This document shows positions 27,354 through 35,903 of a DNA stretch of 64,000 nt, piece by piece. Made by a program: the position numbers and the translations under genes. The stretch is from Thiotrichales bacterium (lineage in GTDB: Bacteria > Pseudomonadota > Gammaproteobacteria > Francisellales > CACEW01): positions 169 through 64,168 of the forward strand of contig CANJUQ010000009.1 of the NCBI GenBank assembly GCA_947478175.1. The letters run 5' to 3'. A model generated the notes under the pieces. The model was given only the letters and a program-made list of their open reading frames with translations. It was not told the origin of the DNA and did not search any database. Each line of letters begins with the position of its first letter. The first letter of the stretch is position 1.

Positions 27354-27359
27354 CATTTC

Positions 27360-28090
<731 letters not shown>

Positions 28091-28091
28091 C

Positions 28092-29264
28092 ATGGGAATT
28101 TTTAAAAAAATTCATGCTGATATTGTCATTATCGGCGCAGGTATTGCAGGGTTATGGCTTTTGAACCGTCTGGTTTCATTAGGCTATCAGGCCATTCTGA
28201 TTGATAACCAGGGTATTGGAGGATTTCAGACCTTGCATTCCCAGGGGATTATTCATGGGGGAGCGAAATATGCGCTAACAGGCTCTGTGACCAAGGCCGC
28301 CATGAATATTTCTCACATGACTAAACTTTGGTCAGATTGTGTTTCTGGAAAGGGTGAAATTGATTTGAGCACCGTCAAAATTTTATCTCATCATCATCTT
28401 TTATGGACCCGTGGGAGATTTACGGCGGGGTTGAAAAGCTTTATTTCTTCGAAAATTTTAGTCAGTGATTCAGCGGTTTTAAATCCCAAAAATTACCCTG
28501 AAGTTTTTAAAAACGCTGAATTTTTTGGCAGTGTTTGCCAGTGCGAAGAGACGGTTTTTGATGTGGGGTCTTTAATAGAAATTTTGGCAAAACCCCATCG
28601 AGAAAGAATTTTGTTATCCAGCCCTGAAACCCAGTTTATTTGGGGTTCTAAAGGGCTGGATTTAATAAAATGGGAAGATGTTGAATTGACGGCGGATCAG
28701 TTTGTTTTTACAGCAGGTGAAGGCGTCGAAAAATTATTAGAACCCCTTGAGAATTCTCCCAAGATGCAGCGCCGGCCTTTACATATGGTGTATTTGAAAG
28801 CACCAAAATTACCCAAAATATATGCGCACTGTATTGAGTCTGGTACAAAACCGCGTGTGACCATTACTACGCATACAGCTGAGGATGGCCGTGAGGTTTG
28901 GTATTTAGGAGGAGAGATTGCAGAGCAGGGGGTCAAGAGAAATTCAGAAGAGCAAATCAAATTTGCTCAATCTGAGCTTCAAGAATTACTGCCTTGGGTA
29001 AATTTATCTCAAGCAAAATGGCATAGTTTTTTAATTAATCGTGCAGAAGGTGAAATGCCGAACCATACCAGACCTGATGTGCCAATTATTAAAAAAATAC
29101 AGAATATTCAAGTGGTTTGGCCAACAAAATTGACTTTTGCACCTTTAGCCGCTGCTGAAGTTTTAAAGAATTTACAGCCGGTTTCTCAAAAAACAGATCA
29201 GGCTATTTTAGATTTATTAGGCATAAAAAAAGCGCCACTTTTGGCGGCGCTTTGGAATCAATAA
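28092..29264 (+). CDS. FAD-dependent oxidoreductase (DAO/GlpD-like fold)
   Basis: The start is taken at MGIFKKIHADIVIIGAGIAGLWL (Rossmann GxGxxG). The track start 27954 would overlap the ferredoxin gene. Confidence 0.7.
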   Translation: MGIFKKIHADIVIIGAGIAGLWLLNRLVSLGYQAILIDNQGIGGFQTLHSQGIIHGGAKYALTGSVTKAAMNISHMTKLWSDCVSGKGEIDLSTVKILSHHHLLWTRGRFTAGLKSFISSKILVSDSAVLNPKNYPEVFKNAEFFGSVCQCEETVFDVGSLIEILAKPHRERILLSSPETQFIWGSKGLDLIKWEDVELTADQFVFTAGEGVEKLLEPLENSPKMQRRPLHMVYLKAPKLPKIYAHCIESGTKPRVTITTHTAEDGREVWYLGGEIAEQGVKRNSEEQIKFAQSELQELLPWVNLSQAKWHSFLINRAEGEMPNHTRPDVPIIKKIQNIQVVWPTKLTFAPLAAAEVLKNLQPVSQKTDQAILDLLGIKKAPLLAALWNQ

Positions 29265-29272
29265 ATGTCTGC

Positions 29273-29587
29273 TTATTTTTTAGCAATGATTGCTTTTTTA
29301 GCAACAGCTGGTTTAGCAGCAGCTGGTTTTTTAGCAACGACTGCTTTCTTCACAGCTGGTTTTTTAGCAACGACTGCTTTTTTCACAGCAGGTTTTTTAG
29401 CAACGACTGCTTTTTTCACAGCTGGTTTTTTAGCAGCGACTGCTTTTTTCACAGCTGGTTTTTTAGCAACGACGGCTTTTTTCACAGCTGATTTTTTAGC
29501 AACGACTGCTTTTTTAGCAGTGGTAGCTTTTTTCACGGTCGCTTTCTTCGCGGCAGGCTTAGCTGCCTTCTTCACAGTTGCGTTCAT
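29273..29587 (-). CDS. histone H1-like Lys/Ala-rich DNA-binding protein
   Basis: 104 aa, almost entirely A/K/V/P repeats (AKKPAVKKAVV). An AGGAGA RBS lies 8 nt upstream. A minus-strand hairpin plus U7 terminator lies at 29225-29255. Confidence 0.8.
   Translation of the reverse strand: MNATVKKAAKPAAKKATVKKATTAKKAVVAKKSAVKKAVVAKKPAVKKAVAAKKPAVKKAVVAKKPAVKKAVVAKKPAVKKAVVAKKPAAAKPAVAKKAIIAKK
29321..29518. repeat. six tandem copies of a 33-bp unit inside the histone-like gene
   Basis: The unit AGCTGGTTTTTTAGCAACGACTGCTTTTTTCAC is repeated head-to-tail six times with 0-3 substitutions per unit. Confidence 0.9.
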
Positions 29588-29648
29588 TATTTTATCTCCT
29601 ACAGGTTATGAACATAACGCGCGGAGAGTTTAGCAGAGAAATTTTATC

Positions 29649-30491
29649 ATGCTTTTTTTAGTAAACGTGAAATTCATGGGAGGAAGAAGTTTGTTTTATC
29701 GTCATCTTGGGAAGACTGATTTAAATGTTTCTGTATTGGGATTAGGTCTGGTCAAAATAGGTCGCAAGACCCAAGTGAAATATCCGGTGCTTTTTGAGCT
29801 GCCATCAGATCAAGAGGTTCAAATTCTTTTAGACGAAGCAAGAGATGTGGGTATTAATTTATTAGATACGGCTCCTGCTTATGGTTTGAGTGAAGAACGA
29901 TTGGGGAATTTTTTATTTAAAAATAAAAATCGGAATGATTGGATTATTTGTTCAAAAGCAGGGGAAGAATTTGATCCAGAGACAAATCAATCGTCTTATT
30001 GTTTTACTCGAGATCATATAAACAAGAGTGTCGAAAGATCTTTAAAAAAACTTAGAACAGATTATTTAGATATTTTATTAATTCATTCGAATGGCGACGA
30101 CGTTCGAATTATTGAAGAAGATAATATTTTTGAGACGCTTAATATTTTAAAATCTCAAGGGAAAATTAAATATTTTGGCATGTCGACTAAAACTATAGAG
30201 GGTGCGCGCTTGGCCATTGATCAAAGTGATGTCGTCATGCTGACTTATAATCTTCAGGAAAAATCAGAAGCTTGCATGATTGAATATGCATACCAGCAGG
30301 GTAAAGGGGTGTTGATTAAAAAAGGTTTGCAAAGTGGGCATGCAAATTCTCCTGAAGAAGCGATTCAATTTATTTTTAATCAGCCAGGTGTGACTAGTTT
30401 GATTGCGGGAACTTTGAGCCCAAAACATCTGAGAGAAAATGCTCAAGCAGTCTGTCAGGCGATTTCTAATTTTAATACTCAGGATTTTTAA
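29649..30491 (+). CDS. aldo/keto reductase
   Basis: YRHLGKTDLNVSVLGLG N-terminus and the DTAPAYG motif. The true start may be 29676 or 29691. Confidence 0.8.
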   Translation: MLFLVNVKFMGGRSLFYRHLGKTDLNVSVLGLGLVKIGRKTQVKYPVLFELPSDQEVQILLDEARDVGINLLDTAPAYGLSEERLGNFLFKNKNRNDWIICSKAGEEFDPETNQSSYCFTRDHINKSVERSLKKLRTDYLDILLIHSNGDDVRIIEEDNIFETLNILKSQGKIKYFGMSTKTIEGARLAIDQSDVVMLTYNLQEKSEACMIEYAYQQGKGVLIKKGLQSGHANSPEEAIQFIFNQPGVTSLIAGTLSPKHLRENAQAVCQAISNFNTQDF

Positions 30492-30494
30492 ATT

Positions 30495-31145
30495 ATGACT
30501 TTTTTGCCTCGAATTAAGATCTGCGGCATTACTTCTATTCAAGATGCTAATTTAGCAATTCAAAATGGTGCCGACGCGATTGGTTTTATATTTGTTCCCA
30601 ATACGCCGAGATATTTAAGTATTAATAGAGCCCAAGAAATTATTAAAAATTGTCCGCCGTTTATTACTAAAGTGGGTTTGTTTTTAGATCCGTCAGAACA
30701 AACTGTTTGGGATTGTTTAGATGTTTTATTTTTAGATGTCTTACAGTTTCATGGCAATGAATCGCAAGAGTTTTGTCAAAAATTTAAAAAGCCTTTTGTT
30801 AAAACTATAAAAATCTCAAAAGAATCTTCTGTACTTTCTATTCAAGAAGCCTGTGAAAATTATTCAGAAGCTTCAGCGATTTTATTAGATACCTATCATG
30901 AAAAATTAGCAGGTGGGACAGGAGAGAAATTTAATTGGTCTTTGTTTCCCAAAGATAAAAATTATAAAAATAATAAACATTTTATTCTGGCGGGAGGGCT
31001 CAATCCAGAAAATATTGCCCACGCTATTTTGGAGACTCAGCCTTATGCCGTAGATGTCAGTTCAGGGGTTGAAAACTCACCAGGGATTAAATCAGCTGAA
31101 AAAATTCAAAAATTCTGTGATCAAGTTCGGTCTATATATAAATAG
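30495..31145 (+). CDS. trpF: phosphoribosylanthranilate isomerase
   Basis: RIKICGITSIQDANLAIQNGADAIGFIF and the C-terminal DVSSGVE motif. Confidence 0.85.
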   Translation: MTFLPRIKICGITSIQDANLAIQNGADAIGFIFVPNTPRYLSINRAQEIIKNCPPFITKVGLFLDPSEQTVWDCLDVLFLDVLQFHGNESQEFCQKFKKPFVKTIKISKESSVLSIQEACENYSEASAILLDTYHEKLAGGTGEKFNWSLFPKDKNYKNNKHFILAGGLNPENIAHAILETQPYAVDVSSGVENSPGIKSAEKIQKFCDQVRSIYK

Positions 31146-31157
31146 AGAGTAAAGCAT

Positions 31158-32288
31158 ATGGATATCCAATTAAATTCTTCTAAAGAACGTTATCAACGAG
31201 GCCGTCAGGTCGCTTGGGTAGGGGCGGTTGTTAATTTTGGATTGGCTGTTTTTAAATTATTAATTGGCTATTTCGGTCGATCGCAAGCGCTGATGGCTGA
31301 TGGGGTTCATTCGTTTGCAGATTTGATTTGTGATTTTCTAGTCTTGATGGCTGCAAAATATGGCAATGCTGATGCAGATGAGGATCATCCTTATGGTCAT
31401 TATCGAATTGAGACTTTAATTACTTTGGCACTGGGTAGTATTTTAATTTTCATTGGGATTGGTATTGGAATAGACGCCGCGTTTGATATTGCCCATGGGA
31501 ATTTTGCCAAGCCGTCTATCTGGACTGTGTTGGTCGCCATGGTTTCTATTGTTTCAAATGAAGGCTTGTTTTTTTATACCCAAAAAGTCGCAAATCAATT
31601 GGATTCAAATGCCCTAAGAGCCAACGCATCTCATGCTCGCAGTGATTCTTTGGCTTCTGTCGTTGTCTTAATTGGCTTAATTGGCGCGTTGAAGGGTTGG
31701 TTATTTTTAGATGCTGTTGCTGCCATCGTGGTGTCTTTTATTATTATCAAAATGGGATTGCATTGGGCCTGGCATGCCCTGTCTGAATTAACAGATAAAG
31801 GCTTAGATGAACAAGATTTAACGCCGATGCGAGAAATTATTTTAAAAACAGAAGGGGTCTTGGCAATGCACCAGTTAAGAACCCGAAAAATGGCCTCGAG
31901 GACTTATTTAGATGTCCATATTTTGATTGATCCGTATAACAGTGCTTCTGAAGGTCATCAGGTTGCAGAACGGGTCCATGTGAAATTAACTCAGAAATTC
32001 CCTGATTTGTTTGATATGACGATTCATGTGGATGTAGAAAATCATCCTGAAATTTTGCCAGATCATTTGTTATTAACGCGATCTGAGTTAACTCAAGAAT
32101 TATTAAAATATTTTGATTTTAAAATTAAAAATATGGATTTGTACTATTTGCAAAATCAAATCGAAGTGCGTCTTTTTTTATCATTAGAGGTTTTATCCAA
32201 GATTTCTCAGCCTGAATTAGAAAAAATTTGTTCAGAGTGTGTAAGAAAAATACCAATTTTGAAATCAATTCAATTAGGTTTTTTATAA
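31158..32288 (+). CDS. cation diffusion facilitator family transporter
   Basis: Six TM segments with HSFADLICD and DEDHPYGHYRIE motifs, followed by a C-terminal cytoplasmic domain and an extra tail. Confidence 0.85.
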   Translation: MDIQLNSSKERYQRGRQVAWVGAVVNFGLAVFKLLIGYFGRSQALMADGVHSFADLICDFLVLMAAKYGNADADEDHPYGHYRIETLITLALGSILIFIGIGIGIDAAFDIAHGNFAKPSIWTVLVAMVSIVSNEGLFFYTQKVANQLDSNALRANASHARSDSLASVVVLIGLIGALKGWLFLDAVAAIVVSFIIIKMGLHWAWHALSELTDKGLDEQDLTPMREIILKTEGVLAMHQLRTRKMASRTYLDVHILIDPYNSASEGHQVAERVHVKLTQKFPDLFDMTIHVDVENHPEILPDHLLLTRSELTQELLKYFDFKIKNMDLYYLQNQIEVRLFLSLEVLSKISQPELEKICSECVRKIPILKSIQLGFL

Positions 32289-33263
32289 ATGAAAAACATA
32301 GTTATCAGTGTTGGAGAACCGGCAGGGATTGGGCCCGATATTGTTTTAATGAGTATGATTAATTTAATTAAGTCTGATTTTTTAAAAAATAGAATAAAAA
32401 TTATAGCTAGCCAAAAGATGCTGCAAGAAAGGGCAAAGTTATTAGGCCTAGATTTTGAAAAATTAAACAATCAAGAAAATATAGAATTTTTAGATATTCC
32501 AACGAAGGTTCCAGTTATTCCAGGGAAATTAGATCAAGCAAATAGCCCCTATGTTTTAACTTGTTTAAAAAAAGCAGCTGAATTATGTGAGTTTGGCGGC
32601 GCAGATGTTTTAGTCACAGGGCCAATTCATAAGGGAATTATTAATGATTCAGGCGTGAAATTTTCAGGCCATACAGAATTTTTGAGAGATTTAGCGGGCT
32701 TAGATTCAGTCGTCATGATGCTGGTTTCGCCCAAGCAAAATTTAAAAGTGGCCTTGGCTACCACACATATACCCTTGTCAGCAGTCCCGAATGAAATAAC
32801 GCCTGAATTATTAATCAAGACTTGCCAGATTATTTCTAAAAGTTTTATTAATTTTAAACATTGTTTCCCTTTGACTAAGCCCTTAAGAATAGGGGTCTGC
32901 GGCTTAAATCCCCATGCCGGAGAAAATGGTCATATAGGTCGAGAAGAAATAGAAAAAATTATTCCAGCGATTCAAGCCATCAAGAATTTAAATTTAGGTT
33001 TGGAGATCGAAGGGCCTTTGCCAGCAGATACTATTTTTGCGTCAAAGATTCGTTCGAAATTTGATTTAATCTTGGCTCTTTATCATGACCAGGGGTTAGC
33101 ACCTTTTAAAGCTTTGAGTTTTGGTGAAGGTTTAAATATTACTTTGGGATTGCCTTATTTGCGTGTGAGTGTCGATCATGGGACAGCGTTAGATTTAGCG
33201 GGGTCTGGCAGGGCAGATCCCGGGCCGTTTTTAGAGGTTTTAAATTTTGTCTTGGGTTCGTAA
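32289..33263 (+). CDS. pdxA: 4-hydroxythreonine-4-phosphate dehydrogenase
   Basis: GEPAGIGPDI N-terminus, GLNPHAGENG and ALYHDQGL motifs. Confidence 0.9.
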   Translation: MKNIVISVGEPAGIGPDIVLMSMINLIKSDFLKNRIKIIASQKMLQERAKLLGLDFEKLNNQENIEFLDIPTKVPVIPGKLDQANSPYVLTCLKKAAELCEFGGADVLVTGPIHKGIINDSGVKFSGHTEFLRDLAGLDSVVMMLVSPKQNLKVALATTHIPLSAVPNEITPELLIKTCQIISKSFINFKHCFPLTKPLRIGVCGLNPHAGENGHIGREEIEKIIPAIQAIKNLNLGLEIEGPLPADTIFASKIRSKFDLILALYHDQGLAPFKALSFGEGLNITLGLPYLRVSVDHGTALDLAGSGRADPGPFLEVLNFVLGS

Positions 33264-33899
33264 AGTTTCTAATAATTTGAAACACAAGAACGAACAAGTG
33301 ATGCCCAAGCAAGCCCCAGCAATAACATCGCTGACAAAGTGATAATCAAATAAAACCATGCTGAGCGCTTCTAAACTCGCCAGTAATAAGCTGACAATAA
33401 AAAATTTCCGGTAATAAAACCCGATGGCGCTAAACATCGCAAAAGCGATGCTGCTATGACCTGATGGAAAAGAGCCTGTGATATCTGAGCCTTGAAAGGG
33501 TCTGCCTTGGAACCATTGGAATCCATAAGCCTGGTTATTAATCCAAGAAAGATTGTTATGAGTAAACGTCTCTGGCCAATAACGACTGAAAATCCATTTG
33601 AGATCGTTTTTTAATAAATAAGTCAGCATGACACTGAGAGTTAGCAGGATCAGCATATTTTGAAAGCGAGAAGGATGGGGTTTGTGATAATTAAAGACTA
33701 ATAAAATAAAAAAAATAATGGGAGATAGGGCCTCGATGATGGGTGGCCATTCAATGATTTGTTTAATTAAAACAAGATGCTCTCGAAAGTGATGAAGATA
33801 AATAAAAGTAGAAATAGGTCGGTCGAGCCAAGCATAAAAAATAAAAATTAGGATTAAGCCAATGGACCAGAGTTTTAAAAGGGGTTTTGAGAGGGGCAT
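33240..33899 (-). CDS. PAP2-family membrane phosphatase
   Basis: A polytopic membrane protein with the PSGHS and HFVSD motifs of the acid phosphatase/PAP2 signature. Confidence 0.7.
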   Translation of the reverse strand: MPLSKPLLKLWSIGLILIFIFYAWLDRPISTFIYLHHFREHLVLIKQIIEWPPIIEALSPIIFFILLVFNYHKPHPSRFQNMLILLTLSVMLTYLLKNDLKWIFSRYWPETFTHNNLSWINNQAYGFQWFQGRPFQGSDITGSFPSGHSSIAFAMFSAIGFYYRKFFIVSLLLASLEALSMVLFDYHFVSDVIAGACLGITCSFLCFKLLETLRTQDKI

Positions 33900-33979
33900 T
33901 TTTTGTTTTCCTGTTTTTATTTTTTTTAATTTTTAAGAAAAAACCCTGTTTTTTTATATAAAAATAAAGTTTATTTTTC

Positions 33980-34864
33980 TTAAATTAAATTAATTCCCAT
34001 CAAAAGACATAAGAGAGTGATATCCAAAATAGAAAACAAAAAAACTTTCTTAGCCCATTTTTTGTTTTGTTGGATTAACTCTAAATTTTGAGAGGGTTCA
34101 GAAGAAATTTTAAAACCCTGCAGGGCAAAAAAGATCCAAATTAAACCCAAAACCAGAGCGCCTGAAAAATAGAGATAACCGGCATAGCCCAGATAAACAG
34201 GCAATAGGGTGGCCAGGGTATAAAGAATGATATAAACCAGCATGGATATTTTGGTATATCGCAGGCTTTTGATTGCTGGCAAAACAGGGATATTAGCGGC
34301 TTTGAAATCTTTTAGACGGTTTATTGCAATCGCATAAAAATGGGGCATTTGCCATAAAAATAAAATTAAAAATAAGACTGCTGCGCCAAGATCCAATTGA
34401 TTAGAGGCAGCACAGTAGCCAACTACAGGAGGTACTGCGCCAGAAATGCTGCCTAGGATTGTCCCCCAACTAGATTTTCTTTTTAAAAATAAGCTGTAAA
34501 CAATCACATAAAAAATCCAGCCAACAGCAGCAGTTCCAACAGCCCAAAGATTGGTAGTGAAATATAAAAGCCAGAATCCTAAGAGTCCTACGCCCGTGCC
34601 GTAGAGCAAGGCTATTGAAGGATGAATCAAGCCTTTAACTAAGACTCGATTGCAAGTGCGTTCCATCAAAGCGTCAATATCTCGATCAATGACATTATTA
34701 AATACACACCCAGAACCGACGATCAAAGCCATGCTAACCAGGGTAAATAACAAAAGTAAGGGCGAAAAATGCGAACGGTGTACGGAGCCTAAGAAGAAGC
34801 CACCGCACACCGTTACAATGTTTCCGAAGATAATGCCTGGTTTAAGAATGGAGAAAAAGCGCAC
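33980..34864 (-). CDS. cyoE: protoheme IX farnesyltransferase (heme O synthase)
   Basis: UbiA-family prenyltransferase (NNVIDRDID motif) located downstream of cyoABCD. Confidence 0.9.
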   Translation of the reverse strand: MRFFSILKPGIIFGNIVTVCGGFFLGSVHRSHFSPLLLLFTLVSMALIVGSGCVFNNVIDRDIDALMERTCNRVLVKGLIHPSIALLYGTGVGLLGFWLLYFTTNLWAVGTAAVGWIFYVIVYSLFLKRKSSWGTILGSISGAVPPVVGYCAASNQLDLGAAVLFLILFLWQMPHFYAIAINRLKDFKAANIPVLPAIKSLRYTKISMLVYIILYTLATLLPVYLGYAGYLYFSGALVLGLIWIFFALQGFKISSEPSQNLELIQQNKKWAKKVFLFSILDITLLCLLMGINLI

Positions 34865-34921
34865 TTTGTTTTTAATTCTTTTTTGATTTTTATTTTTGAT
34901 TTTAATTTTTGATTTTAATTT

Positions 34922-35266
34922 TTAAAGCATCATGTAGCTGTTGAGCTGGAACATGATCCAAAGCGATCCAGAGATAACAATCAGCATAATTAATAAAGAA
35001 AATAGAAAGATGGTTAGGTTCCAACGATCATGATCGGTATTTAAATTTAAACGAAAGAAGAAAATCGCTTGAGCAATAAGGGTCAAAATAGCGACAACGC
35101 CTAAGAAAGCATAAAGATGATTGTTACCAAAGACATGTCTCGTCGTCGCCATATAAGCAATTAAAACTAAAACAATGCTGGCCACGAGGCCAACAAAGTA
35201 AGAAATAATTAAGCTTTTAGATTTTTCAGGACGGGGGGTGAAAATTGCATGTTCATGATTCGACAT
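34922..35266 (-). CDS. cyoD: cytochrome bo3 ubiquinol oxidase subunit IV
   Basis: 114 aa, three TM segments, positioned after cyoC. Confidence 0.8.
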   Translation of the reverse strand: MSNHEHAIFTPRPEKSKSLIISYFVGLVASIVLVLIAYMATTRHVFGNNHLYAFLGVVAILTLIAQAIFFFRLNLNTDHDRWNLTIFLFSLLIMLIVISGSLWIMFQLNSYMML

Positions 35267-35269
35267 TTT

Positions 35270-35899
35270 TTAAAGAGCTCCCATTAGAAAAACAATCACA
35301 AAGGTCAGGATCCAGATTAAATTTAAAAAATTCCAGAAAAGACCTAGGCAGGTAAAACGAGTTTGCATCATTTGAGTCAGGCCTTTGCCAGTGACTTGTA
35401 AGAACAGAACGACCATCCATAACAATGCAAAAATAATATGAACAGCATGAATGCCAATCAGCGCAAAATAAGAAGATAAGAAAGCACTTTGGGTCCAGTT
35501 ATAACCATGCGCGACTAGGTTAGATAAATCATGAAACTCGATATTTAAGAACGCTAAGCCTAGTAAAAAACTTACCAGTAACCAGACTAATACTTGGGTT
35601 CGATGACCCCGATAAAAAGCCGCCGTACTGAGGCCCAGTGTAAAAGCAGAGATAATTATAATAAGTGTCTGAATCAACATGTGATGCAAAGTTGCGACTT
35701 GCTGAATACCAGGGCCTCCATACGTATTGTGATGAAGGACGGCGTAGACAGCGAACAAAGTTGCAAACATGATCGCGTCGGTCATGACGTAGATCCAAAA
35801 TCCAAAAATAATTTTGGAATCTGTCCGCGTTACTTCTTCGGGAGTCTCAGGCAAAGTGCAAGAGGATGTTTGGCAATAATTAACAGAAGAACTAGTCAT
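35270..35899 (-). CDS. cyoC: cytochrome bo3 ubiquinol oxidase subunit III
   Basis: 209 aa, five TM segments, heme-copper oxidase subunit III-like sequence. Confidence 0.9.
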   Translation of the reverse strand: MTSSSVNYCQTSSCTLPETPEEVTRTDSKIIFGFWIYVMTDAIMFATLFAVYAVLHHNTYGGPGIQQVATLHHMLIQTLIIIISAFTLGLSTAAFYRGHRTQVLVWLLVSFLLGLAFLNIEFHDLSNLVAHGYNWTQSAFLSSYFALIGIHAVHIIFALLWMVVLFLQVTGKGLTQMMQTRFTCLGLFWNFLNLIWILTFVIVFLMGAL

Positions 35900-35903
35900 G
35901 AGA

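Noticed and set aside
27318-27359. The ORF track adds an N-terminal extension to coaD.
   Set aside because: The extension runs through the intrinsic terminator of the upstream gene. Homology begins at MTIAKSAIYPGTFDP.
29321-29518. Regularly spaced 33-bp repeats raised the possibility of a CRISPR array.
   Set aside because: The units are directly contiguous with no spacers and sit in frame inside a coding sequence. No cas genes lie nearby.
29252-29633. Two plus-strand ORFs (79 and 122 aa) encode hydrophobic FFS/FLATTAFF repeats.
   Set aside because: They are mirror images of the minus-strand Lys/Ala-rich histone-like gene. Only the minus-strand ORF has a good RBS (AGGAGA), a terminator and similarity to a known protein class.
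34865-34921. An AT-rich tandem motif (ATTTTTGATTTTA, about three copies) lies between cyoE and cyoD.
   Set aside because: It is a short low-complexity AT repeat in an operon-internal spacer, with no hairpin or coding potential. It is probably not functional.
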